Notes: generated by a model not told the origin, from the letters alone. A DNA stretch of 64,000 nt from Rubrivivax sp. (GCA_020852865.1 JADYZZ010000054.1:35496-99495), one strand, 5' to 3'; numbered from the stretch's first letter, positions 40,438 to 50,295 are shown. A program made the numbers and translations.

Positions 40438-41245
40438 CTCGCAGGACAACAGCGCCGAGATCGCGCGCGGCCACGCCGACGTGCGGTGCATCCGCCAGGC
40501 CAACGCCGGCCCGAGCGCGGCGCGCAACCGGGGCATCGAGGCCGCGCAGGGCGAGTACCTGGCCTTTCTCGACGCCGACGACCTGTGGCCGGCCGGCAAG
40601 CTCACAGCCCAGCTCGAGGTGCTGCAGCGCGCACCCGAAGCGGCCCTGGTGTTCGGCGACTGCCGCCAGTTCGACGCGCAGGGCGTGCGCGCGCGCACCG
40701 AGTTCGAAGCCAACGGCCTGGGCGCCGCCGCCTGGGGCCGCGGCTGCATCGTGCCGCAGGCCTATGCGCGGCTGCTCGACAACAACTTCATCACCACCGG
40801 CTCGGTGGTGGCGCGGCGCGCCGCGCTCGAGCGCGCCGGCGGCTTCGCCGAGGACTTGCGCCTGGTGGAAGACCTGGACCTATGGCTGCGCCTGGCGCGT
40901 CAGGCGCCCCTGGCCTGGTGCGGACGCGAGTGCCTGCAGCGCCGCCGCCACGACGCCAACATCTCGGCCGACGGCGAGGCGCTCGGCCTGGCCTTCCTCG
41001 ACGTGCTGCGCCGCCACGCCGCCGGCTGGCAGCCGGGCGAGGCGCAGGCGCTGGGGGTCGACGCGCGCCGGCTCGAAGCGCGCGAGTGGCTGCACCTGGC
41101 GCAGCTCGCGCACCGGCGCGGCGACTCCAGCACGGCTTGGCGACGGCTGGGGCGCAGCGTGGCCGTACGGCCCTGGTCGGCGACGCCGTGGCGGGCAGCC
41201 CAGGCGGCGCTCGGGATGCTGGGCGGCGCGGCGGGCCGCAAGTGA
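40304..41245 (+). CDS. GT2 glycosyltransferase
   Basis: GTG 40304; VSAVVPAWN, VDDGS, SAARNRG, FLDADD, VEDLDLW. Confidence 0.88.
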   Translation: MKRELPLVSAVVPAWNAARHLQACLASVLAQRGPFTLEVIVVDDGSQDNSAEIARGHADVRCIRQANAGPSAARNRGIEAAQGEYLAFLDADDLWPAGKLTAQLEVLQRAPEAALVFGDCRQFDAQGVRARTEFEANGLGAAAWGRGCIVPQAYARLLDNNFITTGSVVARRAALERAGGFAEDLRLVEDLDLWLRLARQAPLAWCGRECLQRRRHDANISADGEALGLAFLDVLRRHAAGWQPGEAQALGVDARRLEAREWLHLAQLAHRRGDSSTAWRRLGRSVAVRPWSATPWRAAQAALGMLGGAAGRK

Positions 41246-41356
41246 GCGTTCTTCCGCCCGTCCAACGGGCTGGTTCCTTCCTGCGCGCGAGCGGGCTCGC
41301 CTGTCCCTCGAGTCGCATCGCATTACCATGACGCGGATTCCGCCAATGGACAACGC

Positions 41357-41646
41357 ATGAAGCCTTCCGAAGCGCTGGCGTCGAACCGGGCCGCGACCCG
41401 GCGCGTGATCGAATCTCACCGCACCCGAAACGCCCGGGTTTTCGGTTCCGTCCTGCTTGGCGAGGACACGGACCGAAGCGACTCGACATCCTCGTCGACC
41501 CGACGCCCGAGACGACACGGTTCGACATCGGTGCCATCCGGCACGAGCTGGGCAGGCTGCTGGGCGTGCCGGTGGACGTGCCGACACCCGGCGCACTGCC
41601 CGACGAGTTCCGGGCCAAGGTTCTCGCCGAAGCGCGCCCGATATGA
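41357..41646 (+). pseudogene. MNT (minimal nucleotidyltransferase) antitoxin with a 1-nt deletion
   Basis: RVFGSV...DTDRSD then shifted frame LDILVDP...IRHELGRLLGVPVDV; one C missing at about 41482. Confidence 0.85.
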
Positions 41647-41782
41647 CGCGCGACTCGCAGCGCCTCGCCGGTTGTCTTGCTCACATCCTCGAGCCGCTCG
41701 AGCGCATCGGCCGCTGCGCCGGCGACATGGATGAGGCGGCGTTTCTGGACAAGCCGCTGGCGCAGGACGCCGTCATCCGGAA
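41643..41782 (+). pseudogene. HepT/DUF86 toxin, N-terminal about 46 codons only
   Basis: MTRDSQRL...HILE..ERI...MDEAAFLD..L.QDAVIR, then similarity is lost; no RxxxxH motif. Confidence 0.8.
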
Positions 41783-41831
41783 ATCTGCTCGCGCCTTCGG
41801 TATCGACCTTGCAGCACCGCGCGTGTCTGCA

Positions 41832-41843
41832 ATGTATATACAT
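41832..41843. promoter_or_regulatory. Perfect palindrome ATGTATATACAT, candidate MazE operator
   Basis: 18 bp upstream of the mazE start, flanked by TGCA on both sides. Confidence 0.6.
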
Positions 41844-41861
41844 CTGCAAAGGAGAGACGTC

Positions 41862-42095
41862 GTGCGAGCGGAGCTTCAGAAGTGGGGAAACAGCGCCGCG
41901 GTGCGCGTTCCCGCGCCGGCGCTCGAGGATGCCGGCATGCAGATCGGCCAGAGCCTCGAGCTGCGCGTCGAAGAAGGCAGGCTCGTCATCGAACCGGCTG
42001 CCGAAAACCTCGAGGACCTGCTGGGCAGGATGACGCCGGAGAACCGCCATGGCCCGGCTCTCGAAGGGCCGGCAGTCGGCGCCGAAGTCTGGTGA
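41862..42095 (+). CDS. mazE: AbrB/MazE-family antitoxin
   Basis: AGGAGA RBS + GTG; LQKWGNSAAVRVP...LEDLL. Confidence 0.92.
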   Translation: MRAELQKWGNSAAVRVPAPALEDAGMQIGQSLELRVEEGRLVIEPAAENLEDLLGRMTPENRHGPALEGPAVGAEVW

Positions 42096-42433
42096 CGGCC
42101 ATCTACGTCCCCGAGCGGGGCGATGTCGTCTGGCTGGACTTCACGCCCCAGGCGGGCCATGGGCAAGCGGGCCGTCGCCCTGCTCTGGTGCTGTCCCCTG
42201 CGGCCTACAACGCAAGGAGCCGCCTGATGCTGTGTTGCCCGGTTACCAGCCAGGCCAAGGGCTACCCGTTCGAAGTGGCGGTCACACCTTCCTCCGGCAA
42301 GGTCATGGGAGTGGTCTTGGCCGACCAGGCGCCGTGTCTCGATTGGCAGTCTCGCAATGCCTCGAAATTCGCGTCGGTCACGACACAGTGCGCGCTGGAC
42401 GTGAGTGCGAAAGTGAAGCTGCTGCTGCCCTGA
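42092..42433 (+). CDS. mazF: MazF/PemK-family endoribonuclease toxin (possibly attenuated)
   Basis: YVPERGDVVWLDF.PQAG...GRRPALVLSP..YN...CPVTSQAKGYPFEV; GTGA overlap with mazE. Confidence 0.92.
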   Translation: MTAIYVPERGDVVWLDFTPQAGHGQAGRRPALVLSPAAYNARSRLMLCCPVTSQAKGYPFEVAVTPSSGKVMGVVLADQAPCLDWQSRNASKFASVTTQCALDVSAKVKLLLP

Positions 42434-42464
42434 GCAGCAGTGAAGCAAGCTGGCGAGCGGCACG

Positions 42465-44159
42465 ATGAGCAGCCCGGCGGCGTCCTTCGAATCCGGTCCC
42501 GGCTTCGTCGGCTGCGCGCAGCTCGGCGCGGCCGCCTGGGCGACGCCGGAGCATGGGCCCAGGATCTGGTTCGACGGCGAGCTGCACAACCTGCCCGAGC
42601 TGCGCCGCACGCTCGGCCTCGACGGCGCGGCCACGCTGGCGCAGGTGCTCGCCGCGGCCTGGCGGCGCTGGGGCGAGCGCATCGGCGAGCATCTGAACGG
42701 CGTCTACGCGCTCGTGCTCGCCGATGAGCAGGGCGCGCTGCTGCTGCGCGACGCCTCGGGCCTGCGCAGCCTGTACGCCGACACCACCCGGCCGGGCGAG
42801 CTGTGGTTCGCCAGCGCGCTCGGCCCGCTGATGCGCCGCCCGGGCGCACGGCGCCGGCTGGCGCGCGCGTCGCTGCACGAGTACCTGCGCCTGGGCGACA
42901 TCGCCGCGCCGCGCACCATCTTCGAAGGCGTGCAGGCGGCCGAGCCGGGCGTGCCCTGGCGCTGGTCGGAGGAGGGCCTGCAGCTCGCTGCGCAGGAGTC
43001 GGCGCGCGCAGCGGCCGAGCCGCCGCCCGACTTCGAAGCCGCGCTCGACGCGCTCGACGCCCTGCTGCGCGCGGCGCTGGCGCGCCGGCTCGAAGGCGCG
43101 CAGCGGCCCGCGGCCTTCGTGAGCGGCGGCGTCGACTCGGCGCTGCTGTGCGCACTGGCCGCGCCGCAACGCGCCGACCTCACGGCGCTCACCATCGGCT
43201 TCGACGCGGGCGAGCTCGACGAGAGCGCGATCGCGCACCGCATCGCGCAGCACCTCGGCCTGCGCCACGAGGTGCTGCGCTTCGGGCGCGCGCCCTGCCT
43301 GCAGGCCTTCGAGCGCCTGGCGCGCGACGCCGACCAGCCGATGGCCGACCCGGCGACGCCGGTCACGGTGCTCGCCTTCGACCACTGCCGCGAGCGCTTC
43401 GACGCCGTGCTCGACGGCACCGGCGCCGACGAGGCGGTGGGCTTGATGCCGCTGCGGCATGCGCGCGTGGCCGTGGCGTACGCGGCGCACCTGCCCTTGC
43501 CGCTGCGGCGCGGCCTGACGGCGCTGCTGCGCCTCGCGCCGCGCAGCGCGCCCTATGCGCGCATCACCGACTTCGAGCACCCGGCCGAGGCGCTGATGCG
43601 CTGGTGGGGCTTCCGGCGCGCCGAGATCGAGGCCCTGGCCGGCGAGCCGGTGTCGCTGGCCGGCACGCGCTTCGTGCGCACCTTCGAGCGCTACGCGCGC
43701 GGCGCGCATTTCGAGCGCTACAGCGCGCTCTACGACGCCATGCCCTGCGAGCGGCTGAACCAGGCCGAGCGTGTGAGCGGGCTGGCGCCGCGCTTTCCGT
43801 ACGCCGATCCGAACGTCGACCGCCATCTGCGGCAACTTCGCACCGACTACCGCTGGTTGCCGGGCCAGCCCAAGCGCATCCTGCGCGCGCTTCTGGCACG
43901 CTACGTGCCGGCGCCGATCTGGGACATGCCCAAGCACGGCCTGGACTTCCCGCTGCACGCCTTCCTCGCCGCCGACGGCCACGCGCTCGTCAGGCGCCAC
44001 CTCGACGCGGCGCGTTGGCGCGAGCGCGGCGTGCTCGACGGCGCTCTCGTGGCGCGCTACGCGGCGCGCTACATCGCCGGCGACGCCGCCCTCGCGTTCC
44101 GCGTCTGGAGCCTGGTGATGCTGGGCGCCTGGCTCGAAGCCCACGATGACCTTGCCTGA
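42465..44159 (+). CDS. Second asparagine synthase-like amidotransferase lacking the N-terminal Cys
   Basis: FDGELHN, RDASGLRSLY, VSGGVDSA, DGTGADE, PKRILR, KHGLDFP. Confidence 0.85.
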   Translation: MSSPAASFESGPGFVGCAQLGAAAWATPEHGPRIWFDGELHNLPELRRTLGLDGAATLAQVLAAAWRRWGERIGEHLNGVYALVLADEQGALLLRDASGLRSLYADTTRPGELWFASALGPLMRRPGARRRLARASLHEYLRLGDIAAPRTIFEGVQAAEPGVPWRWSEEGLQLAAQESARAAAEPPPDFEAALDALDALLRAALARRLEGAQRPAAFVSGGVDSALLCALAAPQRADLTALTIGFDAGELDESAIAHRIAQHLGLRHEVLRFGRAPCLQAFERLARDADQPMADPATPVTVLAFDHCRERFDAVLDGTGADEAVGLMPLRHARVAVAYAAHLPLPLRRGLTALLRLAPRSAPYARITDFEHPAEALMRWWGFRRAEIEALAGEPVSLAGTRFVRTFERYARGAHFERYSALYDAMPCERLNQAERVSGLAPRFPYADPNVDRHLRQLRTDYRWLPGQPKRILRALLARYVPAPIWDMPKHGLDFPLHAFLAADGHALVRRHLDAARWRERGVLDGALVARYAARYIAGDAALAFRVWSLVMLGAWLEAHDDLA

Positions 44160-46605
44160 CCGCTCGCCGATGCCCGCCCCGCCCCGCGCGCCGCACGCGC
44201 CGCTGCGCATCCTGATGTACGCGGCCTTCTTCGCGCCCGAGTACAGCGGCGCGGCGATCCAGGCGCTCACGCTCGCGGGCGAGCTGCGCCGGCGCGGCCA
44301 CCACGTCGAGTTCGTCACCAACCGCTGGCCGGGCCTGGCCGACAGCGCCGTCGTCGACGGCTTCGCCGTGCGCCGGCTCGAGCCGGGGCGGCTGCGCAAG
44401 CACCGCGAGTTCAGGCTCTGGTTCAACCTCGCGCGCTACGTCTGGGCCCGGCGCCGGGACTTCGACATCCTGCACAGCCACGGTGCGTACTACACGCATT
44501 CGTTCATCGGCCCGCTGGCGCGCGTGCTGGGCCTCGGGTCGCTCGTCAAGGCGAGCCTGGCCGACGACGACCTGCACGGCCTCGCGCAGCCGCTGGTGGG
44601 CCGCATCCACCGCGCGATGCTGCGCCGCATCGGCGTCTGCGTCGGCATCAGCCGCGATCTGGTCGAGGAGTTCCGCCGCGGCGGCATGCGGCCCGAGCGA
44701 ATCCACTACCTGCCCAACGGCGTCGACACGGCGCGCTTTGCCCGGGTGCCTCCCGCCGCGAAGACCGCGCTGCGCGCGCAGCTCGGCCTGCCGCCCGCCC
44801 AGCCGCTGGCGCTCTACGTCGGCGTGCTCGACAAGCGCAAGAACATCTGCTGGCTGGCCGAGCAATGGGTGGCGCACGACGCCTTCGGCACCGGCGCCTT
44901 GCTGGTTGCCGTGGGGCCGCAGAGCCGCGACGACCCCGACGGCGCACTGCGCAACGGGCTGGCCGCGCTGGCGCGCGCGCACCCCGGGCGCTTCGTGCTG
45001 CACGACTTCCACGACGACGTGCGGCCCTACTACCAGTGCGCCGATCTGCTGGTACTGCCTTCGGTCAACGAGGGCCTGCCCAACGTCATGCTCGAAGCGA
45101 TGGCCTGCAGCCTGCCCTGCGTCGCGGCGCGCGCCAGCGGCAGCCGCGAGCTGGTGATGGAGGGCGTGAACGGCTACACCTACACACCCGACGACGCCGC
45201 GGCGCTGGCGCTGGCCGTGCAGCGCTGCCTCTCGCCGGCCGGCGCCGGCATGGGCGAGCGCGCACGCGAGATGGTCGAGCGGCATTACTCGATCCTGCGC
45301 GTGGCCGACCGCTACGAGACGATCTACGCGCGGCTGCTCGCGCAGCGGCGCGGCGCGGCGGCTGCAGCCGCGCCCAGACCGATCGTCTATGTCGAGAACG
45401 GCATCGGCTACGGCGGCGCGGTGACCTGCCTGCTGCACCTGGTGCGCGCGATCGACCGACGCAAGTACGAGCCGATCGTCGTCACCGGCCAGGCCGGCGG
45501 CCCGTACGCGCGCATCGCCGACGATGCCTGCTGGCTGGCCATACCGGATCGGCGCGTCGACGTCACCGGGCTGCGCCGCCGCGTCGAGCAGGCGCGCTGG
45601 GCGAGCGGCATCCCGGCGCTGCGCTGGCTGCTGCTGCAGTCGATCGCGCGGCTGGACGACGCCGTCAACTTCCTGCCGCAGTTGCTTCAGCTCACCTGGC
45701 GGCTGCGTCGCATCCGGCCTGCCGTGGTGCACGCCAACAACGAGCCGCTGTGCAACCGCGCGGCGGTGGTGGCCGCCTGGCTGCTGCGCATTCCGCTCGT
45801 GAGCCATGTGCGCGGCGACCAGTTCGGCTCGCGCAGCATGAAGCTGCTGTTCCGGCTGCCCGACCGCTTCATCCCGGTCTCGCGCTGGATCGCGGGCAGC
45901 ATCGCGCAGCTGGGCGTGCCGGTCGAGCGCAGCACGCTCATCTACGACGGCGTCGACTTCTCGCGGCTCGACCCACGCACCGAAGGCAGCGCCTTTCGCG
46001 AGCGCTTCGGCGTGCCGCCAACGGCCTTCGCCGTCGGCCTGCCGGGCGTGCTGATCGCCTGGAAGGGGCAGGCGCTCTTCCTCGAAGCGGTGCGCCTGCT
46101 CGAGCACGAGTTCCCCGACCTGCGCTTCCTCGTCATCGGCGGCACGCCCGACGAATGCCGCCCGTACGAGGCCGAGCTGCGCGAATTCGTCGCACGCCAC
46201 GGGCTGCACGGGCGCGTCACCTTCACCGGCCATATCTCGGACATGACGGGCGCCTACGCCGGGCTCGACCTGGTCGTCTCGGCGTCGACCTCGCCCGAGC
46301 CGCTGGGCATGGTGGTGGTCGAAGCGATGGCGATGCAGCGCCCCGTCGTCGCCCCGGCGCATGGCGGTGCGCTCGAAGTCGTCGAGCACGAGAAGACCGG
46401 CCTGCTCTTCGCCCCCAACGACGCCGCCGCACTCGCCGCGGCGATCCGCCGCTGCCGCGAAGACGGCATGCTCAGGCAGCGCCTCGCGTCAGCGGGTCGC
46501 CGGCAGGTGATCGAGACCTTCTCGATCGAGCGGCGGGCGCGGGATGTGGAGGCGCTGTACGAGGGCTTGCTCGGGTCGCGCGGTGCGTACGGCGCGTCGG
46601 GCTGA
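44146..46605 (+). CDS. Tandem two-domain GT4 glycosyltransferase
   Basis: Two GT-B units: PSVNEGLPNVMLEAMA and SPEPLGMVVVEAMA. Confidence 0.9.
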   Translation: MTLPDRSPMPAPPRAPHAPLRILMYAAFFAPEYSGAAIQALTLAGELRRRGHHVEFVTNRWPGLADSAVVDGFAVRRLEPGRLRKHREFRLWFNLARYVWARRRDFDILHSHGAYYTHSFIGPLARVLGLGSLVKASLADDDLHGLAQPLVGRIHRAMLRRIGVCVGISRDLVEEFRRGGMRPERIHYLPNGVDTARFARVPPAAKTALRAQLGLPPAQPLALYVGVLDKRKNICWLAEQWVAHDAFGTGALLVAVGPQSRDDPDGALRNGLAALARAHPGRFVLHDFHDDVRPYYQCADLLVLPSVNEGLPNVMLEAMACSLPCVAARASGSRELVMEGVNGYTYTPDDAAALALAVQRCLSPAGAGMGERAREMVERHYSILRVADRYETIYARLLAQRRGAAAAAAPRPIVYVENGIGYGGAVTCLLHLVRAIDRRKYEPIVVTGQAGGPYARIADDACWLAIPDRRVDVTGLRRRVEQARWASGIPALRWLLLQSIARLDDAVNFLPQLLQLTWRLRRIRPAVVHANNEPLCNRAAVVAAWLLRIPLVSHVRGDQFGSRSMKLLFRLPDRFIPVSRWIAGSIAQLGVPVERSTLIYDGVDFSRLDPRTEGSAFRERFGVPPTAFAVGLPGVLIAWKGQALFLEAVRLLEHEFPDLRFLVIGGTPDECRPYEAELREFVARHGLHGRVTFTGHISDMTGAYAGLDLVVSASTSPEPLGMVVVEAMAMQRPVVAPAHGGALEVVEHEKTGLLFAPNDAAALAAAIRRCREDGMLRQRLASAGRRQVIETFSIERRARDVEALYEGLLGSRGAYGASG

Positions 46606-46720
46606 GGCACCGGCCGGAACATCGGCAAATGGGACCAATGCGTTCCTGCCTACCGCTCGCCCAAGGGTCGAGGCACTGCCCGGCAGCCGGCAGCCGGTGC
46701 GTTTCGAGGGATGCGCATCG

Positions 46721-47647
46721 ATGAACGCGGCGTCCGCCGGCCTGCAGTTCTTCACGCCTTCGTATGCCGGGGACCTGGAGCGCTTCGTGCTGCTGCGGCA
46801 GACGGTGAGGCATTTCGCGCGGTGCGCCGTCGCGCATGTGGTGGCGGTTCCGCGCCGCGATGTGCACTCGTTCCGGCGCGCGCTGGCCGACGACACGGCA
46901 ACCCGCGTGCTCGCGCAGGAAGATTTCGTTTCGCCGATCTTCTACGCACCCGCCTGGAGCCGCCGCCTGCAGCGCGTGCTGGGCAAGCGCGCCTGGAGGC
47001 TCGAGCGGAGCCGCTTCGGCGGCCGGCCGGGCTGGATCGTCCAGCAGATCGTCAAACTCTCGGCGCCGGAGGTGTTCCAGACCGGGGCAGTGTGCCTCGT
47101 GGACTCCGACCTGCTGTTCATCCGGCCGTTCGCGCACGACGACCTCGTGCCGACCTCCGGACCCCGAATCCTGATGCGCATGGAGCCGGACGACGTGACG
47201 GCGCAGCACCCATCGCACATGCGCAGATCGCGTGAGATCCTCGGCTTGCCGCCCGGCAGCGAGCGTCACCACTTCATGGAATCGCCGGGCATCTGGTACG
47301 TCGACTGGGTGCGGGCGCTGCGCACCGAGATCGAGCACCGCCAAGGCAAGCCATGGCAGCGAGTGCTTTACGACGCGGGCGTCTTTTCCGAGTACCTGCT
47401 GTGCGGGATCTTCGTGGACGAGATCCTTCGGCCGCCGCAGCTGAGGCAACGAACGGCCCCCTTCAGTGTGGGCATCTGGAACCGAGGCGACTTCGACCGC
47501 TTCGTCCGCGATCCGCAGGCGCTGTTGCGCCAGGCGGCTGAGTGCGAACGACCGCTGTCGCTGGTCGTCCAGTCGAACATCGGCGTGGAGGCAGCGGCCT
47601 ATTCGGCCATCGTGCGGGCGGCCCTGCTCGGCTCGGCCGCCGAGTGA
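46721..47647 (+). CDS. DUF6492-like protein
   Basis: TPSYAGDLERF, GWIVQQIVKL, VDSDLLFIRPF (DxD-like), SEYLLCG. Confidence 0.7.
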   Translation: MNAASAGLQFFTPSYAGDLERFVLLRQTVRHFARCAVAHVVAVPRRDVHSFRRALADDTATRVLAQEDFVSPIFYAPAWSRRLQRVLGKRAWRLERSRFGGRPGWIVQQIVKLSAPEVFQTGAVCLVDSDLLFIRPFAHDDLVPTSGPRILMRMEPDDVTAQHPSHMRRSREILGLPPGSERHHFMESPGIWYVDWVRALRTEIEHRQGKPWQRVLYDAGVFSEYLLCGIFVDEILRPPQLRQRTAPFSVGIWNRGDFDRFVRDPQALLRQAAECERPLSLVVQSNIGVEAAAYSAIVRAALLGSAAE

Positions 47648-47823
47648 CGACGACGCCGGGCGCGACGCCGCGGCGGTCTATTCGACTATCGGCTGGCCCG
47701 CGCCACGCCGCGGGCCTCGCAGGATCCGGCAAATTGCCGCAGCCGAGCGCGCCGAGGGGCCCGGTGACGGCGCATCCCTGGCTACCATTGCGCGCGCCTG
47801 GCGACGCTCGGACAAGCCGCGAC

Positions 47824-49887
47824 ATGAACGATGCCCGAACGATCCCGGACAAGCGCGCAGCGGCGCCGGCGCATGTGAGCGCAGTCGGCACCGACGCCAG
47901 AGGCCGGGCGGCACCGCGCCGCGAGCCACAGGTCGTGGGGCTGGCCGCACACGCCGAAGTCCGTCAGGACATCCAGTTCCTGCGGGGCATCGCCGTTCTG
48001 GCCGTGCTGCTGAATCACTCCAAGCTGGTGCCGCTGTCCGCCGGATACCTCGGGGTGGACATCTTCTTCGTGATCTCGGGCTTTCTGATCACGGGCAACA
48101 TCGTTCGGGACTGCGACGCCGGCCGCTTCTCGTTCGGCGGCTTCTACGCGCGGCGCGCGCGCAGGCTGCTGCCGGCAGCCTACTGCACGCTGGTGGTCAC
48201 GACGCTGCTGGCCGCCAAGGTGCTGACGGAAGACCGTTGGCGGGATTTCGTCGCGCAGTTGCTCGGCACGGTGACGTTCACCGCCAACGTCGTGCTGCCC
48301 TTCCAGTCGGGCTACTTCGAGACGGCCGCCGACACGAAGCCGCTGCTGCATACTTGGTCGCTCTCGGTGGAGGAGCAGTACTACCTGGTGGCTCCGCTGC
48401 TGGTCTGGTGGCTGCGGCCGCGGTGGCGCCTGCCCGTCCTCGCGCTGCTCGGCCTGCTCAGTCTGGCGCTGTGCGTTGCCTTGGTCAGCACGCACATGAG
48501 CTACTGGCGGTTTCCCGACCTGGAGTCGCAGTCGATAGCGTTCTTCATGCTGCCGACGCGCGCCTGGGAAATGCTCGCGGGCTCGCTGCTCGCCGTGGCG
48601 GGCCAAGGCGGCGGCGGCTGGAACCCGGCACGCTGGCTGAAGCTTGCCGCGCTGGGTCTACTGGTCGCGATCTGCTCGACGCCTCTCGACTCCGTGCACC
48701 CGCGCACCGATGCGGTGGCAGTGGTCTTGCTCACCGCCTTGCTCATCGCCGGGCGCGGTGCATGGCTCGGCTCCACTGTGCCGGTGCGCGCCATCGCGAC
48801 GGTGGGTGACTGGTCCTATTCCCTGTACCTCGTGCATTGGCCCCTGTTCGCGCTCGCCCAGAGTGCCTTTCTCGGTGACGTGCCGGCAGCGGTCAGGGCC
48901 GGCCTCGTCGGGCTCTCGGTGCTGCTGGCCTATCTGCAGTACCGCTTCGTCGAACAGCGGTTTCGCCACCGCGCAGCCGGTGCGCCGACTCTGGCCTTGC
49001 GCCGTCTGGCCGCTGCCTCGGTCCTTGTGGCGGCGCTTCCGTATGCCCTCGCGATGACGAGGCTCGAAGCCGATCCCGGGCGATACGCCTACCTCCACAA
49101 GCGCAACAGCGGGCTGAGTGCGGCCTGCGCGGCCGGCGCTGCCATCGGGGACCCGGCGGCCTGCAGCACTTCACCTGAGCCACGCGTTGCGCTGTGGGGG
49201 GACAGCTACGCGATGCATCTCGTGCCGGGCTTGCGGGCGCTGCCCGCGATCGGGCCCTCGATGATCCAGATCACCAAGGCCGCATGCGCCCCGGTGCCCG
49301 GCGTGGCGTCGCTCGACCAGAACTACGACGCGCAGTGGGCCGCAGGCTGCCTGGCGTTCGCCGAACAGGCCCTGGGCATGATCACCCGCATGCCGTCGGT
49401 TCACGACGTGATTCTCGGCTCGCCGTACTCGGGCTACCTCGACAACGGCAAGCTCCAGCTCTTCGTGGATGGCCGCAGCGTGAGCGGGGACCGCTCCATT
49501 GCGCTCGACCGTCTGGTGAAGACGGTGCAGCGGCTGCAGGCGGCGGGCAAGTCGGTGACGCTCGTCGCACCGCCGCCGCGCCCCGGGTTCGACATCGGCG
49601 CCTGCCACGAGCAACGGGGCCTGGGCCTGATCGTCCTGGGGCGATCGGGTTGCGACTTCGCGTACGCGGAACACCTCCGTCACCAGGCCGGGATCATCGA
49701 CGGCTTGAAGGAAGTCGCGCACCGCACCGGGGCGAAAGTGGTCTGGTTCGATCCGCTTCTATGCGACGCGGTCACCTGCCGGACCAGCACCGAGGATGGC
49801 GTGTCCATCTACAAGGACGGCGGACATCTGTCGATCCCGGGCTCGGTCTGGGCGGTACGCCGACTCGCGCTCGAGGTCCAGCCGTAG
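47824..49887 (+). CDS. OafA-type O-acyltransferase (acyltransferase-3 + SGNH domain)
   Basis: DIQFLRGIAV, GVDIFFVISGFLI, HTWSLSVEEQYY, SYSLYLVHWP, WGDSYA, YKDGGHL. Confidence 0.93.
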   Translation: MNDARTIPDKRAAAPAHVSAVGTDARGRAAPRREPQVVGLAAHAEVRQDIQFLRGIAVLAVLLNHSKLVPLSAGYLGVDIFFVISGFLITGNIVRDCDAGRFSFGGFYARRARRLLPAAYCTLVVTTLLAAKVLTEDRWRDFVAQLLGTVTFTANVVLPFQSGYFETAADTKPLLHTWSLSVEEQYYLVAPLLVWWLRPRWRLPVLALLGLLSLALCVALVSTHMSYWRFPDLESQSIAFFMLPTRAWEMLAGSLLAVAGQGGGGWNPARWLKLAALGLLVAICSTPLDSVHPRTDAVAVVLLTALLIAGRGAWLGSTVPVRAIATVGDWSYSLYLVHWPLFALAQSAFLGDVPAAVRAGLVGLSVLLAYLQYRFVEQRFRHRAAGAPTLALRRLAAASVLVAALPYALAMTRLEADPGRYAYLHKRNSGLSAACAAGAAIGDPAACSTSPEPRVALWGDSYAMHLVPGLRALPAIGPSMIQITKAACAPVPGVASLDQNYDAQWAAGCLAFAEQALGMITRMPSVHDVILGSPYSGYLDNGKLQLFVDGRSVSGDRSIALDRLVKTVQRLQAAGKSVTLVAPPPRPGFDIGACHEQRGLGLIVLGRSGCDFAYAEHLRHQAGIIDGLKEVAHRTGAKVVWFDPLLCDAVTCRTSTEDGVSIYKDGGHLSIPGSVWAVRRLALEVQP

Positions 49888-49996
49888 ACGCCAGCCGCCA
49901 CGGGCTGCGGGGCGACCTCCACGCATGCAACGCCCGGCCCGAGCTGGGCTCGCCGACGCCGGCCGGCGCCGCCTTCCCGTCGAGACACGCACGAGC

Positions 49997-50295
49997 TCAA
50001 CCCGCGTCGGCCGCCGCCTGCACGGCCGCGCTCACCGCCGAGGCCACGACTTCGTCCTTCAGGATCGGGAACTCCTTGACGAGCTTGTTCGATACCTGCC
50101 CGCCGTGCTCGCGCACCGATCGGATGATGCGGTCGATTTCCGGGTCCGAGGCTTCGATGACCTGCTTGACGCGCTCGCGTGCGATGCGCAGGCTGCGCAG
50201 ATGGCCGGCCTCCTGGCGCATCTCCTGCTCGATGGTGACGCGCACGACTTCGGCCAGGTACTCGAGGTGTTCCGTCAGATCGGGCGAGCGCCGCC
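49997..50295 (-). pseudogene. 3' remnant of a Fic-family gene
   Basis: PDLTEHLEYL...EMRQEA...IDRIIRS...KEFP tail; in-frame stop shortly upstream and no Fic motif. Confidence 0.65.

Noticed and set aside
30745-41270. Integron attC sites near TA modules (GTTGGAC at about 30753; GTCCAAC at about 41262)
   Set aside because: No matching partner half-site at a suitable distance and no integron integrase
41828-41850. dif/pdif site at AATGTATATACAT
   Set aside because: Lacks the XerD arm (TTATGTTAAA); a TA operator is the better explanation
41457-42095. 212-aa track ORF as a single native gene
   Set aside because: Composite of an off-frame MNT region, truncated HepT, promoter DNA and MazE; mazE has its own RBS and GTG
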